The notes beneath the pieces were generated by a model. The model was not told the origin of the DNA, did no database searches, and saw only the letters and a program-made list of their open reading frames with translations. Positions 57,479-64,000 of a stretch of 64,000 bases of DNA are shown in pieces (the first letter of the stretch is position 1; each line of letters starts with the position of its first letter). The stretch comes from a virus. Location: the IMG/VR virus record IMGVR_UViG_2849231242_000001. The stretch is one strand, 5' to 3'. The translations under genes and the position numbers were made by a program.

Positions 57479-59496
57479 AGCGCGACAACTTCACCATGTC
57501 GCTCGACTTGGGCCATGAACTGATCGTGGACAACTTTGCCGGCGGCGGCGGCGCCAGCACGGCGCTGGCCATCGCGCTGGGCCGCGAACCCGACATCGCC
57601 ATCAATCATGATGGCGAGGCGCTGTGCATGCACGCAGCCAACCACCCGACAACGGCGCACTACACCGAAGACGTCTTCATGGTCCACCCGGGCTTCGTGA
57701 CGAAACAACGGCCCATTGGCGCTGCGTGGTTTTCACCCACCTGCACCCACTTTTCCAAGGCGAAGGGCGGTAACCTGCTAGACCAAAAAGTGCGCGGCCT
57801 GGCTTGGGTGACGGTCAAGTGGGGCGCCATGCAAATGCCGCGCCTCATGTTCCTGGAGAACGTGGAGGAATTCTTGGGATGGGGGCCGCTCGATGCCGCT
57901 GGGCGGCCGATCAAAGCCCTCAAGGGGCGCACGTTTGAAGCCTTTGTGCAGGTGCTCACCACCGGCATCGAGCGTGGCCACCCTGATCTCGAAGAGATCT
58001 ACGCCACGCTGGGCGCTGACTTCCCCGTCGAGCGGCTGCATACAGGCTTGGGCTACAAAGTGGAATGGCGCGTGCTCAAAGCGTGTGACTTTGGCGCCCC
58101 TACCATTCGCAAACGCCTGTTCATGGTCATGCGCCGTGACGGCTTGCCGATTGTGTGGCCCGAGCCGACGCATGGCCCACGCGGTTCTGCAGCCGTGAAG
58201 GCTGGCCGACTACTGCCATACCTGAGCGCAGCCAGCTGCATTGACTGGTCGATCCCATGTCCGTCCATTTTTGGCCGAAAAAGGGAATTGAAGCCACCCA
58301 CCAAGAGCCGCATCGGAAAAGGCTTCGAGCGCTATACGAAGGACGCGGCCAATCCCTACATTGTTGAATGCGCCCATGGAGAAACATCACCTTCCGGCGC
58401 CAAACGTTGGGGCTCAGGCGTACGAGATATTACCGAACCGCTGCAAACAGTGCTGGCAGGCGGGAATGGCGCAGCGCTGGTATCGCCTGTCCTTGTGCCG
58501 CTGACGCACCAAGGGAGCGACCGTATCAGCGGGCCACTTGAGCCCATGCCTACGGTCACATGCGCCAACCGCGGCGAATTGGCACTTGCGGCCGTATCGA
58601 TGGTGCAAATGGGGTATGGCGAAGCGCCGGGCCAGGCCCCGCGCGCACTGGATATCGAAAATCCGCTCGGCACGATCGTTGCAGGTGGCGGCAAGCATGC
58701 TGTCGTGGCCGCTTCGCTCGTACAATATTATTCGAACGGCAGCCAGAACCGCAGCCTGGAAGACCCTATGCCGGCCATCGTGACAAAGGACCGCATCGGC
58801 ATCACATGCGCCTACCTGGCCAAGCATTACAAAGGTGTGGTTGGCGCCAGTGTCGAGCAGCCGATGCCGACCGTGACCACGTCGGATCATACGTCGCTGG
58901 TAACCGCGCATCTGGTGGGCATCGACAACCAGAGGAACGGCGACCGCGATACCTGGTCTGTCGATAATCCCTTGGGTACCATCGTGACTGAAAATCGCCA
59001 TGCTCTGGTCACGAGCAATTTAATTCGGCTGCATGGAACCAGCACGGCCGCTGATGTTGCCGATCCGCTGGGCACCGTCACGGCCGGCGGCCAACACCAT
59101 GCCGAGGTGCGCACGACATTGGCCGCGCCCATCGAACGCAGCGCCTATGAGGCAAGGCGGCAGGAGATCCGTGATTTCCTTTGGGAATTCTGCCCGAGCT
59201 TGAAAGGGGAGGAATTTCCAGAGTTGGTCATAATCCATGGCGTCATGATGGAAGTGGTCGATATTGGCTTGCGCATGCTCAAGCCGCGCGAGCTGGCCAA
59301 CGCCCAAGGCTTCCCAGCGGATTACATCCTCGATCCTCTCTATACCCAAGTCAACAAACGTGGCAAGACCGTGACGAAGGCGCTTTCCGGCAGTGCGCAG
59401 GTGCGCATGATCGGTAATAGCGTGTCGCCACCACCTGCAATTGCTGTTATTCGGGCTAATTGCAAACATGAAGCAATGATGGCGAGGGCAGCATGA
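57475..59496 (+). CDS. C5-cytosine DNA methyltransferase, orphan and probably multispecific (673 aa, with five tandem TRD-like repeats)
   Basis: Motif I DNFAGGGGAS, PC motif SPTCTHFSKAKGG, ENV motif LENVEEF, motif IX-like QGFPADY, motif X IGNSVSPP. Between them are five PMPTVT/PLGTIV-headed repeats of ~30-45 aa each. Confidence 0.85.
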   Translation: MKRDNFTMSLDLGHELIVDNFAGGGGASTALAIALGREPDIAINHDGEALCMHAANHPTTAHYTEDVFMVHPGFVTKQRPIGAAWFSPTCTHFSKAKGGNLLDQKVRGLAWVTVKWGAMQMPRLMFLENVEEFLGWGPLDAAGRPIKALKGRTFEAFVQVLTTGIERGHPDLEEIYATLGADFPVERLHTGLGYKVEWRVLKACDFGAPTIRKRLFMVMRRDGLPIVWPEPTHGPRGSAAVKAGRLLPYLSAASCIDWSIPCPSIFGRKRELKPPTKSRIGKGFERYTKDAANPYIVECAHGETSPSGAKRWGSGVRDITEPLQTVLAGGNGAALVSPVLVPLTHQGSDRISGPLEPMPTVTCANRGELALAAVSMVQMGYGEAPGQAPRALDIENPLGTIVAGGGKHAVVAASLVQYYSNGSQNRSLEDPMPAIVTKDRIGITCAYLAKHYKGVVGASVEQPMPTVTTSDHTSLVTAHLVGIDNQRNGDRDTWSVDNPLGTIVTENRHALVTSNLIRLHGTSTAADVADPLGTVTAGGQHHAEVRTTLAAPIERSAYEARRQEIRDFLWEFCPSLKGEEFPELVIIHGVMMEVVDIGLRMLKPRELANAQGFPADYILDPLYTQVNKRGKTVTKALSGSAQVRMIGNSVSPPPAIAVIRANCKHEAMMARAA

Positions 59497-59582
59497 ACGT
59501 CACCATCGCTCGTGCGGCCATGGTCGTTATCTGTATTTTCGTGGCGGCCACACTGGCGGGCGCGGCCTACACATTGGCCTGA
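59493..59582 (+). CDS. Possible 29-aa hydrophobic micropeptide ATGA-coupled to the methyltransferase stop
   Basis: MNVTIARAAMVVICIFVAATLAGAAYTLA. A single TM helix. Very short, so speculative. Confidence 0.25.
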   Translation: MNVTIARAAMVVICIFVAATLAGAAYTLA

Positions 59583-59687
59583 ATAGCGAATACGACAATG
59601 CGAATTGAATGCAGGCCTGTCGTGCGCGATGCTGGGCGACGCGATACCACCGCTTCCCAGCAGAATTTATCTTATGGAGTAACATTT

Positions 59688-60593
59688 ATGATCGACATCG
59701 ATAACATTGAAGTACTGGCGCGCTCAGCAACGCCGGGGCCGTGGTTCTTCTCTCCCATGACCGAGACGGTCGACCCGGAGATCAGTGCGGCCAATGGCAC
59801 CCGCGTTGCCACCTTGGCTGCTGCCGACATTACCAAAGCTAACTGCGCGTACATCGCTGCGGCTAACCCTGCGGCCGTGCTGGCGTTAATCAAGGAGCTG
59901 AAGAGCAACACTCGTATGTTTATGGCGGCCTGCGAAGAGCTGGGGGCAGTAAACGAGAAACTGGGCCTGGACCCGAATGACGGTGGCGCCGAGCCGATAC
60001 TGAATGCCATCGAGGAACTACAAGCTGCCGCCCGCGCAAGCGCCACTTTGCTGCCGCAAGAACCGGAAAGCATGGATACCGAACAGTCACGCGAATATCT
60101 GGTGCAGTTCATGGAGAAGCATTTCTCGGATACAACTTACCATCGCTATATTCGCGCCGAAGGTGGCAGCAACGGCCTTGCTGGCGACTTTGCCTGGCAG
60201 TTGGCGCGGGCCTTGCGTATGCGTTCATGCCAAGAGCAGGACGTGCCCGCTTCCGTTGAGCATCTGTCGATAGTGCTGGAACAGGCTGCGAATCTCGCAA
60301 TCAAATTTACAGCGGCCCCGCGCGATTACCTCGGGCCGGTGCCTCACGCGATGAAGATGCAAGCCGAACTGGGTGAAAAGATTGCCGCAGCCATCCGCGC
60401 CCTGCACATAACGGCCGCTCCTATCGCCCCAGCAGTGCAGGGCTATGCCAAAGAAATGACGGATGAGCGCATTTATGACATCGCCGCATCTTGCGAAATA
60501 GGAATAGGCCACGACGACCACGAAACTAGCCTGCGCGTTGAGTTTGCCCGTGCCATCGTCGCCACTATCGCTGCCAGTAAGGCAGCTTCATGA
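59688..60593 (+). CDS. Hypothetical protein (301 aa)
   Basis: GGAG SD. MIDIDNIEVLARSATPGPWFF... Confidence 0.45.
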   Translation: MIDIDNIEVLARSATPGPWFFSPMTETVDPEISAANGTRVATLAAADITKANCAYIAAANPAAVLALIKELKSNTRMFMAACEELGAVNEKLGLDPNDGGAEPILNAIEELQAAARASATLLPQEPESMDTEQSREYLVQFMEKHFSDTTYHRYIRAEGGSNGLAGDFAWQLARALRMRSCQEQDVPASVEHLSIVLEQAANLAIKFTAAPRDYLGPVPHAMKMQAELGEKIAAAIRALHITAAPIAPAVQGYAKEMTDERIYDIAASCEIGIGHDDHETSLRVEFARAIVATIAASKAAS

Positions 60594-60856
60594 ACGCCCA
60601 GCAGCGCCGCAAATATCGGCGCTCTAAACCAAGGCCAACAAGCTGCTTCTTGCAAGGCTATAGCGGCGGCACCAGCTATCCAGACCTGATGTGCCAGGAT
60701 GGCTACATGCGCGACATGGATGATGATGGCTACGATCCATCGACTTGGGCTCCACCATGCAAGAACTGCAATACAGTCGAGTATGCTGAATGGCTCAAGG
60801 AACTGGATGATGACGAAGTCGATTTCTCAGCGTCCGTGGATGAAAGTAAGAAATAG
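60590..60856 (+). CDS. Hypothetical acidic protein with CxxC pair (88 aa)
   Basis: ATGA overlap. PPCKNCNTVEY. Acidic C-terminus. Confidence 0.4.
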   Translation: MNAQQRRKYRRSKPRPTSCFLQGYSGGTSYPDLMCQDGYMRDMDDDGYDPSTWAPPCKNCNTVEYAEWLKELDDDEVDFSASVDESKK

Positions 60857-60868
60857 CCTTATATAAAA

Positions 60869-60896
60869 ATCCCCGGGTTTGCCCGGGGATTTTTTC
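60869..60896. terminator. Bidirectional rho-independent terminator between convergent genes
   Basis: AAAAATCCCCGGG-tttg-CCCGGGGATTTTTT, with a 9-bp GC-rich stem flanked by an A-run and a T-run. Confidence 0.8.
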
Positions 60897-60905
60897 ATTC
60901 AGGGC

Positions 60906-63900
60906 TTAATCCCTGACACTGGCCAGCTCGGCGCGCACTGTTTGTTTCAGCGCGGCTGGCGCGGTCTTCTGCGTGCGGGCCAGCGCATCCTGGCGCATCG
61001 CGCGCACCCGGCGGATGATGCCCGGCAAACTGACACGAATCGGTGCCTCTGGATTTTTCTCGTTCCAGTCGTCACGCATGGCGCGCGCCTCCTGCACCAT
61101 TCCCGGCTTGCCGTTGGCCAGGCCCTGCGCCCAGTGCTCGGCGATTTCGCTGGATCGCATCCGGTTCTGGCTGATCATATCCAGGGCCTGGCCCTTCTGC
61201 CCTTGAATGTCGGCCGTGCTGTTGGGCTGGAAGCCGATCATCTTCATCACCGCTTCCGTCGGCGATGTCTCGTTGACCGTATAGCCACGGGTATCGCGGT
61301 AGGCGCCCGTGACGAGCATATCGCCGCCCTTGGCCAGATTGCGCACGGCCGCCGGCGACATTTCCAGTGCGCCACCCAGCAGATCACCGCCGAGAGCCTT
61401 GCCGGTACCCGTAAAGACGCGCTTGACGAAGTCGCCGGCAGGGCCGGCCAGTTCGCCCAGGTCGCGGGTGTACGAATCCTTCTTCGTCAGCAGGCCAGTG
61501 CCGGGAATCAGGTTGCCCATGCCGAAGCGGCCGGCGACGTCGATGGGCATGCCCGGCATGGCCGACAAACCCTTCAGGGCAAAATCGGCGCCGCCCTGGC
61601 CCAGCACGTCGGTCAGGAACTCTTGCTTCTTGCGCTTGGTCGAGAAGTTATAGCCGAGCCGCTGCAAGATGCCATCGAGCGCATCCTCCAGGTCCTGCTC
61701 GAACGGCAGGCCATCGGCGCCGCCCATCAGGAACAGCACGGCGACCATGTACAGTGCCGCGCGGCGGCCCGCTGCACGTTCTTTCGAGCCAGGTTCACCC
61801 GCGAAGGCCATGCGCGACAGCAGCTCCAGGTAGGCGATGGAATACTGCTTGAACGTCATCAGCAGCCCGCCAATGGTGCTACGCGCCCATTTTGGCTTGT
61901 TGCCGGCGTTGTACATGCCCTGCGTTTGCGTGACCGCCTGCTGCGCAAAGCGCTCCGGATTGGGCATCCCCTCTTCCACGGCCGTGCGATAGGCCGCGAT
62001 GAAGGTAATGCGGCGGTTGGCCAGCTCGGCCATGGCAAACAGCTTACCCCAGCCCAGCGACACCTTGGACAAAGCGTTGTTGATGTGCGCACGCGTATTT
62101 CCGGCGCGCGTGCCGTCACCGGAGCGCAAGCCGCCTTTGCCCTGCGCCTGCGCTTGCAGGTAATGGACCTCCTGCGGCGCCACGATCCCCTCTTCCGCCG
62201 CCCACTTCATTGCGGCGTCGAGGCGGGCGTCGCCCGTCGTATCCTTGGCCGCGTCACGAATGGCGGCAGTGAGGCGCTTGCCAGCCTTGCCAAGGCCACC
62301 CCACTGCGACAGGTACGGCATCGTCATGGCGAAGGGCTGGGTCAAGTTGACCATGGCCGATGCGACGGAGCCGCCCAGGAATTGAGCGAACATCAGGCCG
62401 CCCAGCTTGCTGCCGCCGCCTTCCGGATTGCGGATGTGCTCGCGTAGCTGCATGGCCGCATCGGTCAATTCGCCTTGCTGCTTCGGAATTTCCGTGACCG
62501 CCTCATCGATCTTGCCCAGGTGGGCATTGCCGGCCGTCAGGCGGGCGTTGCTGTAGATGAAGCCGGCCAGTACGCGGCCCGCGTCTTCGGAGAAGCCAGC
62601 GATGCCCTTGCGCTGAATCAGGCGCTTCATGGAACTGCGGTTGTTCTTCGCCAGTTTCAGGTAGGTCTGGTACACCTCGTTGTGCTTCGGGTCATCCTGG
62701 TCATCGAGCCCGACCATGGAGCCGAACAGCTCGATCGTCTCTGGTGATACGCCGGCGAACAGCTTGTAAGCGTCTTCCGAGATCGTGCCTTGCGAGACGT
62801 CGGCATTTGGGTGCTCGGCGGCCATGTCGCGCGCCATTTTCGACGCCTCGTACTGCGTCTCGAACATGCCGAAATACAGCTGCTCGCCATCCTTCTGGAC
62901 GTAGACCGTATGCTTGCCGAAACGCGACAGGGGCGCATAGCCCCGGTCCATCAGGTCTTCTCCCTTGTCGGCCAGGTCCATGATCTGCTTGGCCGTGTCC
63001 AGGTGGATATCGAGCTTTTCGGGATGCAGCTTGCCCAAGGCGATGAAATGATCGCGCAGCAGTTCGCCGGCGCTGGCCAGATCCGGCGCCGCAACAGCTC
63101 GCTCAAGCATGCCGCTGGCATCTTTGCCGCCCAGCTTCACCATTTCGGAAATGGTGAGATTGGTCAGGCTCTTGTCCAGCGCGTCACGGAACTCGCGGTA
63201 CAGGCCGATCTGCTCATCGTTCAGGCGGAACATGCTGCGCAGCTCGGCATCACTCCATACAAGACCGGCCTTGAGCTGGGTATCGGCAAACTTGCTGTTG
63301 ATGATGCGCTCGTAGAAGTCGAGCGGGTTGCGCATCCAGGCCTGATTCTGGCCGTCATCGATGACGCCCTTGCTCAGCAGGACCTGGGCCTTTTGTTCCG
63401 TCGTCATCTGCTCGAACTTCGCTTCCAGCACGGCAATCCGAACCGGCTTGTCGTGTTCGTCGCGTGCCCAGGCCAAGGTGCCCTCGAAAATTGGCGCGCC
63501 AATGGCCTTGGTGTCGGCCGCTGTCAGCGCTTTCTTGCGGTTCCTGCCGATCACGTCCGCCATGTCCTCCAACTTGGGCAGCAGACGTGGCGCCAGGTCG
63601 GCCGACACGACCGCGTAGCGCGACACGTCGCCGATGAAGCTTTGCACGGCCTCATAGACCCGGGCGAACGCGGGTTCGCGCTTGGCCAGGTTGTCCATGG
63701 TGCCGATGGTCTTGTGCCACCAGCTGATCTTGCCCGACTGGTTGAATAGGTCGCCTACGCGGTAGTTCGCGGGCAGGCGGACCGCATTGATGCTGTTGGT
63801 CGCATTTTTCAAGGCCTCGCCGATGCCGGCGCGGCTGAAAGCGATATTAGCGTTGCCGCGATCTTGGTTGCCCTTGTTGACCTTCGAAGCGCCGCGCGTG

Positions 63901-64000
63901 GCGGAGCGTTGTGCAGCGGCGCCGCCGCCCGCCCACGGATCCGCCGGCGGCAGATCGTGCTCGATCTTCTGGAAAATCTGCTGGATCAGCGTGCGGGCCT
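60906..64000 (-). CDS. Second giant ORF, partial (N-terminus beyond the window end; >1030 aa in window), PLxRFG-domain polyvalent-type protein
   Basis: The frame is open to position 64000. The listed start at 63812 is only a TTG. PLxRFG motif in YAPLSRFGKHTVYV. Long helical/Gly-rich segments. Confidence 0.7.
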   Translation of the reverse strand, partial: ARTLIQQIFQKIEHDLPPADPWAGGGAAAQRSATRGASKVNKGNQDRGNANIAFSRAGIGEALKNATNSINAVRLPANYRVGDLFNQSGKISWWHKTIGTMDNLAKREPAFARVYEAVQSFIGDVSRYAVVSADLAPRLLPKLEDMADVIGRNRKKALTAADTKAIGAPIFEGTLAWARDEHDKPVRIAVLEAKFEQMTTEQKAQVLLSKGVIDDGQNQAWMRNPLDFYERIINSKFADTQLKAGLVWSDAELRSMFRLNDEQIGLYREFRDALDKSLTNLTISEMVKLGGKDASGMLERAVAAPDLASAGELLRDHFIALGKLHPEKLDIHLDTAKQIMDLADKGEDLMDRGYAPLSRFGKHTVYVQKDGEQLYFGMFETQYEASKMARDMAAEHPNADVSQGTISEDAYKLFAGVSPETIELFGSMVGLDDQDDPKHNEVYQTYLKLAKNNRSSMKRLIQRKGIAGFSEDAGRVLAGFIYSNARLTAGNAHLGKIDEAVTEIPKQQGELTDAAMQLREHIRNPEGGGSKLGGLMFAQFLGGSVASAMVNLTQPFAMTMPYLSQWGGLGKAGKRLTAAIRDAAKDTTGDARLDAAMKWAAEEGIVAPQEVHYLQAQAQGKGGLRSGDGTRAGNTRAHINNALSKVSLGWGKLFAMAELANRRITFIAAYRTAVEEGMPNPERFAQQAVTQTQGMYNAGNKPKWARSTIGGLLMTFKQYSIAYLELLSRMAFAGEPGSKERAAGRRAALYMVAVLFLMGGADGLPFEQDLEDALDGILQRLGYNFSTKRKKQEFLTDVLGQGGADFALKGLSAMPGMPIDVAGRFGMGNLIPGTGLLTKKDSYTRDLGELAGPAGDFVKRVFTGTGKALGGDLLGGALEMSPAAVRNLAKGGDMLVTGAYRDTRGYTVNETSPTEAVMKMIGFQPNSTADIQGQKGQALDMISQNRMRSSEIAEHWAQGLANGKPGMVQEARAMRDDWNEKNPEAPIRVSLPGIIRRVRAMRQDALARTQKTAPAALKQTVRAELASVRD

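Noticed and set aside
1-64000. CRISPR arrays, tRNA or rRNA genes, insertion sequences
   Set aside because: No spacer-repeat arrays, no tRNA-like cloverleaf candidates in the intergenic regions and no transposase-like ORFs with terminal inverted repeats were seen. The only tandem repeats are the 10-bp iterons and the operator motifs.

Overview
The window is high-GC (Burkholderiales-like) and is almost entirely mobile DNA: a nearly complete temperate tailed-phage genome with P22-like late-gene order, all on the minus strand. From high to low coordinates the late region reads TerS, TerL, a 792-aa portal, scaffold, HK97-like coat, a holin/GH19 endolysin/Rz with embedded Rz1 lysis cassette, tail proteins, a 886-aa tail fiber, putative ejection proteins, and a giant (>2200 aa) multidomain protein that runs off the window at position 1. 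The early/lysogeny region has a divergent CI/Cro switch with an operator array, a nin-like early operon (an O-like replication protein and a YbcO-like nuclease) and an internal tyrosine integrase next to a repeat-dense attP-like region. The accessory genes include a LexA-box-controlled umuDC operon and a band of hypothetical accessory genes that includes an SPFH protein. A plasmid-type maintenance module lies next to the immunity region: type Ia SopA/SopB-like parAB plus a parS-like palindrome, a Rep initiator, a second tyrosine recombinase, KfrA with 10-bp iterons and a ParE/RelE toxin-antitoxin pair. This suggests a phage-plasmid or phage/plasmid mosaic. A right-hand accessory island carries an H-NS-like protein, a SprT-like metalloprotease, a lipoprotein and a five-gene translationally coupled operon. 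That operon ends in a 673-aa C5-cytosine methyltransferase with five tandem repeats that look like target-recognition domains (multispecific, probably anti-restriction). Upstream of the island, a large fiber-like protein and a small-ORF/SprT operon each sit downstream of a duplicated ~40-bp regulatory element. The right edge holds a second truncated giant ORF (PLxRFG domain). The most unusual object is the left-hand giant protein. It combines an FtsK-gamma winged helix, a family-I inorganic-pyrophosphatase-like domain, a C5-methyltransferase-like domain and an N6-adenine methyltransferase domain, and it sits where ejection proteins are expected. It also shows a frame disruption near its C-terminal part. 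No rRNA, tRNA or CRISPR arrays were seen. Gene functions are inferred from motifs visible in the translations, not from database searches.
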